A stretch of DNA of 64,000 bases from a virus (IMGVR_UViG_3300046459_000548:1-64000), one strand, 5' to 3'; numbered from the stretch's first letter, positions 31,647-41,277 are shown. Program-made: numbers and translations. The notes: generated by a model not told the origin, from the sequence alone.

Positions 31647-32059
31647 TGGCCGACGTGGTGATCGTGTCGTTCGGCTTCCTGCACGATTCCGCCCCGGATG
31701 CGGACGTGGTTCTGGATTTGCGGCGTGCGTTCCGTGACCCGCACGTCGACCCGCGCATGCGGGAGTTGACCGGCCGCGACCGGCTCGTCCAGCGGACCGT
31801 GCTCGGAACGCTCGGGGTTCGCCCCCTGCTGCGGGCCACCGTCCGGCAGGTCGCCGCCTACAGCCAGGGCCCGTCCGTCGACCGGATCGTCATCGGCTCC
31901 GGATGTGCGGGCGGCAGGCACCGGTCGGTGGTTGTCGCCGAACGGCTCGCCCGACGGCTCCGGCGCCGTGGCCACCGCGTCACCGTCACCCACCGCGACC
32001 TGCACCAGCCCGTCGTGCAGCGCCCCAACACCACCACACCTCCCGAGAGGAGCGCCTGA
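31646..32059 (+). CDS. RapZ C-terminal domain-like protein
   Basis: VSFGFLH...ADVVLDLR...RDPH...LTGRD...GCAGGRHRSV. Confidence 0.85.
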   Translation: MADVVIVSFGFLHDSAPDADVVLDLRRAFRDPHVDPRMRELTGRDRLVQRTVLGTLGVRPLLRATVRQVAAYSQGPSVDRIVIGSGCAGGRHRSVVVAERLARRLRRRGHRVTVTHRDLHQPVVQRPNTTTPPERSA

Positions 32060-32292
32060 TGAGCGCGTCGACCACGAGCTACTGCTTGATCATGACGGTC
32101 CAGCCTGCGCAGCGGGACCGCGGCGTTACGGCTCTCGCCACGATCAGCAGGGTCATTGACGTCCCCGCAGGCACGACCCGCGATCAGCTCTTCAACGACG
32201 CCTGCGAGTACGTAGCCGGCCAGTTGCGGGACAAGGGCCTGCCGGGCGGCCACAACGTCCTCTTCTACTCCCTTGAACCCAACGATCTTTAA
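32059..32292 (+). CDS. hypothetical protein
   Basis: GAGGAG RBS; ends VLFYSLEPNDL. Confidence 0.65.
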   Translation: MSASTTSYCLIMTVQPAQRDRGVTALATISRVIDVPAGTTRDQLFNDACEYVAGQLRDKGLPGGHNVLFYSLEPNDL

Positions 32293-32301
32293 GGAGGAAT
32301 C

Positions 32302-33417
32302 ATGAGCTTCACCGACAAGTTCAAGGCCCCGGGCCGCCGCCTGGACGTGTTCGCCGTCGTCGAGAAGCTACTGACGCTCGCCTCGCTCACCCTGGTCGCC
32401 ATCACGGTCGGCGGGCAGCTGGGCGAGATGATCGGCCTGCACGGCAGGGTCGGCATGCTCGTCGGCTGGTCGATCGCCGTCGTGTACGACGCCCTGTGGA
32501 TCGGGGCGCTGCGCATGTCGGAGATCGCGATCCGGCAGCGCTCGAAGGTCGGCATGGCCGTCATGCTCGGCCTGTCCGCCGTCGCGGTCGGCGTCTCGGC
32601 AACGATCCTGCTGATCCTCGGCCACGCCAAGGTATTCGCCTTCGTACCGGTCGCCGCCGCCCTGTTCATGGGGCTGCGCCTGTTCGCCAGCAACGTCCTT
32701 GCCGACCCGGCGACGGCCGCCCGCATCGCCGAGCAGTCCGCGGCGGACCGCAACGCCCGAGCCCTGGCCGCGGCCGGCGCCCGGCATCTGCGGTCCGAGG
32801 CGACGACGGATGTGCTGACGGAGACCGCCGGCCATCTCGCGGAGATGCAGCGGCAGATCGCCCGAGCCGATGTTCTGACGAAGGCGCAGGCTGAAATCAA
32901 CGAGGCCCGCGCCAACGCCGAGAAGCGCCTGCAGGACTCCGAGAAGAAGCACGGTGTGGCGGCGCTGGCCTTCGCCGAACGCGACCTGATTCTGACCGTC
33001 TCCCGGCCCGCGGTCACGGCAGGCGGAGACACCCCGCCCGAGCTGGAGGGTCACACGGTGGTCACACAGGCCACCCCGGAAATCGCGACCGTGACCACAC
33101 CCCCCGTGACCGAGCCCGAAACCGAGGTCCCGGTTGCGGGGGAGACGCTGCCCCGGCAGGCGCCAGTAGCCAACCCGATGGAGCTCTCCGAGCTGGCCGT
33201 GGCGGCGGGCGTACCGCTGCCGAAGCCGGGGGCGAAGCTCACCGACGAGCAGCTGTCCGTGGTGCTGCGCTGGCTGCGGTACGCCATGGAGCCGCCGCGC
33301 TCTTACCGCCAGGCGCAGAAGGACTTCCGTGACGCCGGGTTCACCGCCCGAGAGGAGCGCATCCGCCACGCCTGGGCGGAGATCGAGGAGCGCGAGACCG
33401 GCGCCCTCACTAGCTAG
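32302..33417 (+). CDS. SpdB-like membrane spread protein
   Basis: About 4 N-terminal TM helices, coiled coil, P/T-rich linker and small C-terminal domain; AAGGAGG RBS. Confidence 0.7.
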   Translation: MSFTDKFKAPGRRLDVFAVVEKLLTLASLTLVAITVGGQLGEMIGLHGRVGMLVGWSIAVVYDALWIGALRMSEIAIRQRSKVGMAVMLGLSAVAVGVSATILLILGHAKVFAFVPVAAALFMGLRLFASNVLADPATAARIAEQSAADRNARALAAAGARHLRSEATTDVLTETAGHLAEMQRQIARADVLTKAQAEINEARANAEKRLQDSEKKHGVAALAFAERDLILTVSRPAVTAGGDTPPELEGHTVVTQATPEIATVTTPPVTEPETEVPVAGETLPRQAPVANPMELSELAVAAGVPLPKPGAKLTDEQLSVVLRWLRYAMEPPRSYRQAQKDFRDAGFTAREERIRHAWAEIEERETGALTS

Positions 33418-33503
33418 CCGGCATGCCCAGTGAGGCCCAGCCCCCACGGTCTGGTCCTTGCTGAGACTGCCGGAAGCAGTCGACATAGCAAAACCGCAGG
33501 TCA

Positions 33504-33560
33504 AGCCCGGTGAGTGAACCGGTGAGCGGAACCCTCGCAGACCCGGCAAGCAGACCCGGA
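33504..33560 (+). repeat. clt-like array of 8-bp direct repeats
   Basis: AGCCCGGT 33504, GAACCGGT 33516, GAACCCTC 33529, GACCCGGC 33540, GACCCGGA 33553. Confidence 0.45.
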
Positions 33561-33911
33561 CAGGGTCGCGCCCGACACCACCACCCATGAGAGGAGATCA
33601 GCAGACGTGAGCGGATCAACGTACTGGCCCACAGAGATCAAGCGGGCGGACAGGCGCTCACCCAAGGCGGGCGCGACCCGCCGGCTGGACCGGCTGCGCA
33701 GCACCTTGCGCGACCTCGACCCAGTCATCGCCAACCGGGCATGGGGCGAGATCGGTGAAGCCCTCCAGCGCATCACCGACCGCTACACGCAGTAAACGTT
33801 CACTCGTTCATTCACCCCAGGGACAGATGAACATTCCCTGTGCTACGCGCGCACGTGCGCGCACAAAGCAGACGTTCACCCGCCCCAGTCACGGACCGTG
33901 AAAGGAAAACG

Positions 33912-35159
33912 ATGGAGATCCTGCTCATCGCGGCATGCGCGTGGCTCGTCCACACGGCAGGCGCGCAGAGCGAGCAGTCGAAAATGGGGCTGTCCCCGGC
34001 ACAGCGCGACATCCTGCGCGAGACGACCCGGCACGAGAAAGCCGTCCAGAAGATCGCCGACAGGCACGGCGTCGCCCCGCCAGCCGGCAACAAGCCTGGC
34101 GTCTCGCCGTGGAAGGAACCGCCGTCCACGGAGAACGGGCCGGCGCTCACCCTCCCGGAGGCGTTCCGGTCCGGCTACCGGAACCGCACCGCCGTCGAAC
34201 GGGTGGCCACCCCGATAGGGCGTCGGGCCGGCGGATGGACCGCGCAGGGCGTGGCCTGGGTCCAGGACACAGGCAAGGGTGCGCTGCGCGAATACCGCAA
34301 GCGCCGACGTGCCGGCGGCCACGAAGATCCGGCGCCGGTGCTCGTGCCGATGCCGCCCGCCCAACCGCCGATCGTTCCGCCGATGCCGACGGAGCCGCCG
34401 ATAGCGGGCACCGACGACGGCGTGACGGTCAAGAAGCCCGAGGTCACAGACGAAACCGACCCATCCAGCATCCCGAAGGCGGCAACGGCTCCCGAAGCCG
34501 CCGCAGATGGGGCCGAGCCGGAACCGAAGGCTCTCGGGCCGGAGGAGTTCGACGAGTGGGTCAAGGGCCCCCTCGAGGTTCCAGTCGACCGTGACACCTC
34601 CGGGGATACGAAGCCCGCCGCTACGGCCCCCGCTGCCGACCCCGCGCCGACGGCGCCGGAGTCCCAGCCGGCCGTAACCGAACCCGCGAACGACAAGGAG
34701 CCGGCTGCCGCCGGTGAAGGAGTAGGACGCATGGCAGCAGAAGTCACCTACGAGTCCGTCATGGACGAGAGCGACGAGCTCTCCCTGATGTGCGACGACG
34801 ACGTCAGGGTCTACGGCCGGATCCGTATCCGGTCGGAGCGTGAGATCGGACGCGGCGACGCGCTGATCGCCGCCCTGGAAAACGCCGGATTCGGCCCGTC
34901 CGTCATCGGCTGGGTCGCCCGCTGCAAGGAGCAGTACCAGGTGATCCACGGCCAGCTCGACGAGCTGGAGACCAACACGATCGCCCAAGGCGAGCAGGTC
35001 GTGAAGGCCAAGGCCTTGTTGGAGGCCGGGCAGGGGGTCTACGCCGACATCGCCAAGGACATGGAGTCGGTCGCCGAGCGGGGCTCCTACGTCTCCGATG
35101 CCGTCGACGCCGAGGACACCTCCGCCCACACCGAGGTCTACGAGACGAAGGCGGCCTGA
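33912..35159 (+). CDS. transfer-associated protein (hydrophobic N-terminus, Pro/Ala linker, helical C-terminal domain; possible internal start at 34731)
   Basis: AAAGGA RBS; internal GAAGGAG-N8-ATG in frame. Confidence 0.7.
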   Translation: MEILLIAACAWLVHTAGAQSEQSKMGLSPAQRDILRETTRHEKAVQKIADRHGVAPPAGNKPGVSPWKEPPSTENGPALTLPEAFRSGYRNRTAVERVATPIGRRAGGWTAQGVAWVQDTGKGALREYRKRRRAGGHEDPAPVLVPMPPAQPPIVPPMPTEPPIAGTDDGVTVKKPEVTDETDPSSIPKAATAPEAAADGAEPEPKALGPEEFDEWVKGPLEVPVDRDTSGDTKPAATAPAADPAPTAPESQPAVTEPANDKEPAAAGEGVGRMAAEVTYESVMDESDELSLMCDDDVRVYGRIRIRSEREIGRGDALIAALENAGFGPSVIGWVARCKEQYQVIHGQLDELETNTIAQGEQVVKAKALLEAGQGVYADIAKDMESVAERGSYVSDAVDAEDTSAHTEVYETKAA

Positions 35160-35161
35160 CC

Positions 35162-35554
35162 ATGAGCGAAACGAGCACCGCACGATCGGTCGTCACTTAC
35201 GCCGCCGTGCTCGCCAGGGCTGCGGCCTACGGCATCCGGGCCAGCACCACCAGGCGGGCCGTGGAGCGGCTCCAGTCGCGCTTCCAGGAGCGCGCCGACT
35301 CGGCCCGGTATCTGTCCGAGGCGATGACCGTCCTGCATGTCGACGAGCCCACCACCACCGCCTACATGGAGATCGCGACCCTGTCGAACGCGATGGCCGG
35401 GAACGTCGGCCAGATCGTCTCCGCCTCCGACTCGCTGGCCACCTCAGCCCAAGGCCTGGACTCGGAGACGAAGGCCCAGCACGGGCGGATGGCCGACGCC
35501 AACCGCACCCACAGCGTGCAGATGGCCGACCGCGAGTTCATCAAGCGCCAGTAG
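35162..35554 (+). CDS. small helical transfer-associated protein
   Basis: 130 aa, directly upstream of the TraB-like gene. Confidence 0.75.
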   Translation: MSETSTARSVVTYAAVLARAAAYGIRASTTRRAVERLQSRFQERADSARYLSEAMTVLHVDEPTTTAYMEIATLSNAMAGNVGQIVSASDSLATSAQGLDSETKAQHGRMADANRTHSVQMADREFIKRQ

Positions 35555-35630
35555 AGGCCAGACACGCCCCACGAAGGGCGGGGCCAGCCCTGACCCCGCC
35601 CTTCACCACCGCAGACTCGGAGAGAACCGG

Positions 35631-38192
35631 ATGGCAACGCCGACCCTAACCAAGCCCGAAGCTAAGACCGAAGAGCCGCAGCAGGAACTCACTGGACTGC
35701 GCGCCCGCATGGAGCAGTCGATCAACCCCGGCCTGTACGTCGGCGCCGGGCTGGGCGTCGCCTCGGCGTACCTCACCGGCGACCCGCTGCTGCTGACCAC
35801 CGTCGGCGCCACCGGTGTCGCTGCCGGCTGGGCCGCGTTGGGCATGAACCCCGGCCCGTGGCGGTGGCTGCCCGGCCAGGGAGAGCCGTGGGAATGGATG
35901 TGCCGCCGCAGCAACCGCAGCTACCGGCGCAAGGTCCGTCGGATGCGTATTCGGCTCGACTCCGACGCGCAGGCCGTCGCGGTCGGCCCGGGCAAGACGA
36001 AGCCGATCATCATCGGCGTCACCGACGGCTGGCGCACCCGCGACGACCGGCCGGAACTGGTCCGCGAGGCCACCGCCGAAGCCCACCGGGTCCGCTGCGC
36101 TCTCCTCCGCAAGGTGTGGGCGCAGGCGCTGCCGAACTGGAACTCCGGCTGGTGGCGCAAGTACACGGCCGCCGAGATGGCGCTCCGGGCCGGACCGCTT
36201 GCCGCAATCCCCGCCAGCGGATTCGTCGAGATGCCCTGGTGGGCACACCTCACGGTCGTCAGCATCGGAGCCGGCTGGGGATCCCGCACCTGGCACCGCC
36301 CCGCCCCCGCGGCCATCGACACGGCCGGCCCGAAGGGCGCCGACTGGTATGTGGCCCGCTGGGCGGAGTGGATCGCCTGCGAGCGAGGCCCGCTGCCCGA
36401 CTCCAAGCTGGCCAGTGTCGCCGTCGACGCCGACAAGCTCACCGCGATCATCGTGTCCACCACGGCGAAGCCGGCACTGTCCGTCGACCAGGACTCGATC
36501 AGCATCGCGTTCGGGGTGCCGCCCCGGGCAGTGAACGTGTACCGGCCCGACGACATGGCCGCCTCCCGGGCCAAGCTGACGGTGCGGCTGCGCACCAAGG
36601 CCGCCGAGCTGGACATGGGCGATCTCGTGGCCGTCTGGGACGAGTACAGCCCCTACACGGGCAGCGAGCTGCACGAGCCGGAGAAGACCGAGTTCGGGCG
36701 CCGCTTCCAGCTGCTCATGCCGCGGAAGGGCTCTTCCGTCGCCGACGTGCAGCCGCGCGCCATTGCCCAGGCCCTAGACCTCAAAGGCGAAGACGCCGTA
36801 TCCCGCCTTCACCTGCGGGTCATCGACGCCCGCCGCATCGAGGTCAACGAGATGAGCACCAACCCGCTTCAGGGCGGCGTGGCGCTCGACCTGGATGCCC
36901 TGACCATGGACGACCAGGGCTACATCACGGTCGGCAAGGACATCTACGGCCGCCCGGCCAAGTGGCGGCTGCTGAAATTCGACCGCAAGCGCCGCGGCCT
37001 GTCCGGGCAGCCGTCCGCGTCCGCCGTGCACTCCTTCGGCTCCGGCACCACCGGCTCCGGTAAGACCAGCCTCGAAGAAGACCTCCAGGTCGCACAGCGA
37101 AAGAACGGCTTCATCTCCTGGCTCGCCGACGGCAAGGGCGGCGCCGGGTATGCCTCCTGGCTGACCGAACTCGACTGGCTCCTCAAGTCGCCCTACGGGG
37201 CGATGCTCATGGGGCAGGCAGCCAACTCGGTCAGCGAGTACCGGTTCGCCGAGCAGATGAAACTGCAGTGGCTCGACGACGAAGGCTTCACCGAGAACGG
37301 GCGCAGTTTCTTCGTCATGAACGACCCGTTCAAGCCCATGGTCTGCACGTGGGACGAGTTCAACGAGATGATCCTCAAGGACCCGACCGCGTTCCACGTC
37401 AAGCCGCTCCTGCGGTCCGTGTCCAGCATCGGACGCCTCTCCCGCGCCGCCGGGATGGCCGCCCGCGTGCTGCTCCAGATCCCCAACCTGGACTCGATCG
37501 GCTCAGACGCGTCCGCCAACGCCATCCGCGACATGCTGCAGTCCGGCAACATCGCGCTGTTCCGCACCGCCCGCTCCGACGTGGACCTCATGTCGCTCGG
37601 ATCCCGGACCCCCGAGTTCCGGCTCGCCCCGCTGCTCGAGCGTTTCCCGGACGGCTCCGAGACCGGCGGCCTGTTCTACATCGCCGACGGCAAAGCCCAG
37701 TACACCGCCTCCCGGGCCATGTTCCACAGCAACCCCGCCCGCATCGCCCGCCAGTTCCCCCTGCATGCCATCAGCTGGCAGGAAGCCGACGCCGCCTGCA
37801 AGGCCGGGCCCGCCGGGCTCGCCTACCTGCGGCGCGACGAATACCGCAACCTCGACGCCGGCGACGAGGAGGCGTTCCTCCGCGAGCTCGTCGCCAAAGA
37901 GCAGGAGGGCAGCAAGAAGGGCAAGACCGTCATCGACGTCAAGCCCGCAGTGGCCGCCGAGGTTGATGACGACGACCTCGACGACCTTGTCCCGCCCACC
38001 CGCTCGCAGCTCGTCTGGCACGCGGTCGACGGCGGCGCCCGCCGCAACAAGCAGATCGCCGAGGTCACCGACCTGACCCGCACCAACGTCGCCGGCGCAA
38101 CAGCCCGCCTGGAGCGCCTCGGCAAGCTCGCCAAGAAGGAACGTGACTGGCACACCGCAGAACCGCTCGACACCGCATCCATCAGCGCCTAA
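35631..38192 (+). CDS. TraB-like FtsK/SpoIIIE DNA translocase
   Basis: N-terminal TM segments, Walker A GTTGSGKT, DGKGG, Walker B CTWDE, RLSRAAG, C-terminal winged helix. Confidence 0.8.
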   Translation: MATPTLTKPEAKTEEPQQELTGLRARMEQSINPGLYVGAGLGVASAYLTGDPLLLTTVGATGVAAGWAALGMNPGPWRWLPGQGEPWEWMCRRSNRSYRRKVRRMRIRLDSDAQAVAVGPGKTKPIIIGVTDGWRTRDDRPELVREATAEAHRVRCALLRKVWAQALPNWNSGWWRKYTAAEMALRAGPLAAIPASGFVEMPWWAHLTVVSIGAGWGSRTWHRPAPAAIDTAGPKGADWYVARWAEWIACERGPLPDSKLASVAVDADKLTAIIVSTTAKPALSVDQDSISIAFGVPPRAVNVYRPDDMAASRAKLTVRLRTKAAELDMGDLVAVWDEYSPYTGSELHEPEKTEFGRRFQLLMPRKGSSVADVQPRAIAQALDLKGEDAVSRLHLRVIDARRIEVNEMSTNPLQGGVALDLDALTMDDQGYITVGKDIYGRPAKWRLLKFDRKRRGLSGQPSASAVHSFGSGTTGSGKTSLEEDLQVAQRKNGFISWLADGKGGAGYASWLTELDWLLKSPYGAMLMGQAANSVSEYRFAEQMKLQWLDDEGFTENGRSFFVMNDPFKPMVCTWDEFNEMILKDPTAFHVKPLLRSVSSIGRLSRAAGMAARVLLQIPNLDSIGSDASANAIRDMLQSGNIALFRTARSDVDLMSLGSRTPEFRLAPLLERFPDGSETGGLFYIADGKAQYTASRAMFHSNPARIARQFPLHAISWQEADAACKAGPAGLAYLRRDEYRNLDAGDEEAFLRELVAKEQEGSKKGKTVIDVKPAVAAEVDDDDLDDLVPPTRSQLVWHAVDGGARRNKQIAEVTDLTRTNVAGATARLERLGKLAKKERDWHTAEPLDTASISA

Positions 38193-38205
38193 AGGAGATC
38201 AACTC

Positions 38206-38433
38206 ATGACCATCGCTATCAGCACCCTGTTCTTCCTCGCCTGCGTCGGCATGGCCTGGTGGTTCAAGAAGGACTCCTCGTTCCGCCCCCGCGAGTTCAT
38301 CGCCGTCTCCGTGTTCTGGATCCTCCTCGTCGCCACCCCCTTCGGCGGCGGCCTCGTCGACAAGATGCAGACCGTGATCGGGAACAGCGCCCGGGCGGGC
38401 GTCGACAGCGTCAGCTCCGTCTCCAGCAAGTAG
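38206..38433 (+). CDS. small two-TM membrane protein (Spd-like)
   Basis: AAGGAG RBS; two hydrophobic helices. Confidence 0.7.
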   Translation: MTIAISTLFFLACVGMAWWFKKDSSFRPREFIAVSVFWILLVATPFGGGLVDKMQTVIGNSARAGVDSVSSVSSK

Positions 38434-38514
38434 CCCAAGCCTGGCGGCCCGCAACCGGCGGGCCGCCTGCATCAACCAGACCCCGCGCCGCCTGGCCCGG
38501 AAGGAGCCCAGCCC

Positions 38515-39006
38515 ATGCCCGCACAGCCTGAGCCCACCGACCGGGCCGAAATCCAGAAGCTCGCCAACGCCGTCGAGGAGGCGCTCGCGGGGGAGATGCG
38601 GACCTCGTACCGCGACGACAGCTCCGACGTGCCGTCATGGCGGGACGGATCCCGCATCGGCACCACCCCGCCCGTTCAGCAGCCCGACAGCCGGATCGCA
38701 CCCCAGTGGGCCGTCGGCATCGCCGTCGCGTCCGTCGGCGTCGGAGCCGGCTCGACCGGCCTCGGCTGCGCGGCGTGGCTCCTCTTCAAGGGGCTGTCGC
38801 TCGTCAGCGTCCCGGGCCTCGAGCGATTCGCGCTCATCGTCATCGCCCCGTTCGCCGGTGCGGCCATGGTGGTCACCGCCATCGGCGCCGCAATCGGCAA
38901 AGCCCGGACCACGATCACCACCATCCACAACCACGGCCCGGTGGACCAGCGGGAGATCCACACTAAGACCACCGGCGTGTGGGCCAAAACCAACAACCAG
39001 CAGTGA
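38515..39006 (+). CDS. membrane protein (SpdD-like architecture)
   Basis: Pro-rich N-terminus, two TM segments, T/H-rich tail. Confidence 0.6.
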   Translation: MPAQPEPTDRAEIQKLANAVEEALAGEMRTSYRDDSSDVPSWRDGSRIGTTPPVQQPDSRIAPQWAVGIAVASVGVGAGSTGLGCAAWLLFKGLSLVSVPGLERFALIVIAPFAGAAMVVTAIGAAIGKARTTITTIHNHGPVDQREIHTKTTGVWAKTNNQQ

Positions 39007-39059
39007 AGCGACCGCACCCGCCGATAGCCTGCCGACTCCAACATCCCTGGGGGGAATGT

Positions 39060-39311
39060 ATGACCAGCTACAGCGACGTACAGAAGGCCGTGAGAGTCGA
39101 GAAGTTCAGGATCTGGTTCGCGTGGGCGTGCGGCGGCTGGGTCGGCCTGGGCGTAGCCTTCGCCACTCAGCGCATCCACATCGTCAGCGTCGTCACGCAG
39201 GTTCTGTTCGTCGGACTGGGGGCCCTGTCCACCATCGCCGCAGTGCGGATGAGCAACGCCCTCAATCGCAAGGCCGAAGCCGCACGCAAGGAAGTGCTGG
39301 GCGACCTGTAA
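39060..39311 (+). CDS. small membrane protein
   Basis: Two TM helices. Confidence 0.6.
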   Translation: MTSYSDVQKAVRVEKFRIWFAWACGGWVGLGVAFATQRIHIVSVVTQVLFVGLGALSTIAAVRMSNALNRKAEAARKEVLGDL

Positions 39312-39324
39312 GCGCGGCTGGCCG

Positions 39325-39528
39325 TCAGCCGGAAACGCCAGGGCCCCGATCCTCACGGACCGGGGCCTTCGTCGTGCGGGCGGGGACGGCGCGGGCGACC
39401 CAGTCGCGGCCGGCCGCGTCCGTCGGGCTCGTCACCGGTACCGCCCCCATGCGCTCGCAGATCAGGTCCAGTTCCCGCTGGCAGGAGGCCTCGCTCTTCG
39501 CGCGCACCATGTAGACGACGTCGCTCAT
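39325..39528 (-). CDS. small hypothetical protein
   Basis: MSDVVYMVRAKSEASCQRELD... Confidence 0.5.
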   Translation of the reverse strand: MSDVVYMVRAKSEASCQRELDLICERMGAVPVTSPTDAAGRDWVARAVPARTTKAPVREDRGPGVSG

Positions 39529-39580
39529 ACCGGCAGTGTGCCCGGGGTGGCGGGGGAGACGGGGCGGAATGCGGGAAGCG

Positions 39581-39931
39581 CTACGGGCGCCACGCCTCGT
39601 CGTAGCCGGGACGGTCGGCGTAGGGCAGCGCCATGATCTGGATCTGCATGGCAACAGCCCCAGCCGCGAGACGGTATGCCCGCTCGCCGCCGGTCGCGAG
39701 TCTACGGAACTCGGCGTAGTGGTCGAGGGCCTGCCGCTTGGCGTCGATCTCCCGCAGCAGTCGAGCCGGAACGCCGCAGTCGCAGGTCCCGGTCTCCCGG
39801 TCGGGGTAGAGCACCTCCGGTAGCGACTCGCAGTCGCGGGCATGCCAGGCCTTTTCCGTGCGTGGGTCGGCGATCTTTGCCGCATCCTCGTCGAGTTGGG
39901 CGCGCAGCCACTCGGGCAGGCCGTCGGTCAT
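39581..39931 (-). CDS. DUF6221-like protein
   Basis: WLRAQLDED...PARLLREIDAKR...MALPYADRPGYDEAWRP. Confidence 0.75.
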   Translation of the reverse strand: MTDGLPEWLRAQLDEDAAKIADPRTEKAWHARDCESLPEVLYPDRETGTCDCGVPARLLREIDAKRQALDHYAEFRRLATGGERAYRLAAGAVAMQIQIMALPYADRPGYDEAWRP

Positions 39932-39989
39932 GGCGTCCATCCTTCCTGATAGTCGCGCGCCCCGGCGTGTTCCCAGGCGAGGAGCCGGA

Positions 39990-40431
39990 GTTGCTGATCG
40001 TTCACCCCGCCGAGACCCGCAGTCTCGCGATCCCCTTCGCACTGTACATAGTGGGCCTCTCGTACATCCGGTCCGTCCGGTACCTGGTGGTGCGGCGCCC
40101 CGACCAGTCGTACCGGTCGCAGCTCATCACCTTCGCCCTCGCCCCGCTGTCGAGCCTGCTCAACGTGTACCTGTGCAGCATCCTGCAGTACGCGGGCCTC
40201 GCCACGTTCCTCAAGACGGGCTGGTCGACGCGGGCGCACGTCGAGGTGTCCATCGGCGAAGCACCCGACCTGGCGCCGGCCACTGTCATCGGCGTCGAAG
40301 GAACCGACCCGGACGACACGACCCCCATGCCGCGCGCCGAGGCGCCCACTGTGCAGCTGGCGAAGCTCCTTGACCCGCTGACGGACGCGACGCTGGAGAT
40401 GCGGCTCCCCGGGCGGGAGGGCGCCGCTTGA
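39990..40431 (+). pseudogene. 3' fragment of a processive GT2 (hyaluronan/chitin synthase-like) membrane glycosyltransferase
   Basis: C-terminal TM helices ending TGWSTR; no DxD/QxxRW catalytic domain upstream. Confidence 0.5.
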
Positions 40432-40578
40432 CGCCGCGGCGATGACCCGCACCGCGCAGGGCCCGCCTCCAGTCCGGGGCGGGCCCTGCTACGCAACTTG
40501 CACACCTTGTCAGCGCGATGATGCACCATTGGTATAACGCATCACTCGCTTCCCGTACCACCGTCGAGGAGCACCGTC

Positions 40579-41277
40579 ATGCACGACCCCACACCTCTCC
40601 CGCCCGCCAAGCTCTGCGAGTGCGGATGCGGTAAGCCCACACCCCTTGCCAAGCAGAACCAGTCGTGGTCCGGGAGGAAGAAGGGTGAGCCAGCCCGCTT
40701 TATTGCGGGCCATAACGCCCGACTTGGAAAGCCTGAAGTGTGTGAAGCGCCGGACTGCGCAAGTAAGCCCTTCGGGGGCGGCCTCTGTTCGAAGCACTAT
40801 CAACGCCAGCGGCGGCACGGAAACCTGACCGGCAAGGTTCCGCAGGGGCCCGCCGAAGAGCGCTTCTGGCGATACGTCGATAAGACGGACGAGTGCTGGA
40901 CCTGGACGGGAGGGCGGGCCAACGACGGTTACGGCCGCTTCTTCATCAGCGAAGGCGACGGTAACGTCGCGGCGCACCGCTTCTCGTACCAACTGCACAA
41001 CGGCGAAATACCGGCCGGCCTCATCATCTGCCACCGATGCGACAACCCTCCGTGCGTGAGGCCAGACCATCTGTTCCTAGGCACTCACCTCGACAACGTG
41101 CAGGACATGTTCAGTAAGGGCCGCAACGTCAACGGTTACGCCAGAAGGACCCACTGTAAGAACGGCCATCCATTCGACGAGGAAAACACTCTGGTTCAGC
41201 CCGGTGGGTGGCGTCGCTGCCGAGCATGCCGCCACCTCGGCTACGTCAAACGGGTCGCAAAGAAGCGAGGTGCCTGA
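40579..41277 (+). CDS. HNH endonuclease
   Basis: CWTWTG...GYG...AHRFSY...CHRCDNPPCVRPDHLFLGTHLDN. Confidence 0.9.
   Translation: MHDPTPLPPAKLCECGCGKPTPLAKQNQSWSGRKKGEPARFIAGHNARLGKPEVCEAPDCASKPFGGGLCSKHYQRQRRHGNLTGKVPQGPAEERFWRYVDKTDECWTWTGGRANDGYGRFFISEGDGNVAAHRFSYQLHNGEIPAGLIICHRCDNPPCVRPDHLFLGTHLDNVQDMFSKGRNVNGYARRTHCKNGHPFDEENTLVQPGGWRRCRACRHLGYVKRVAKKRGA

Noticed and set aside
28069-39311. Independent AICE inserted into the prophage
   Set aside because: No second integrase, RepSA/RepAM initiator or flanking att duplication seen; treated as a phage module, though a decayed AICE is not excluded
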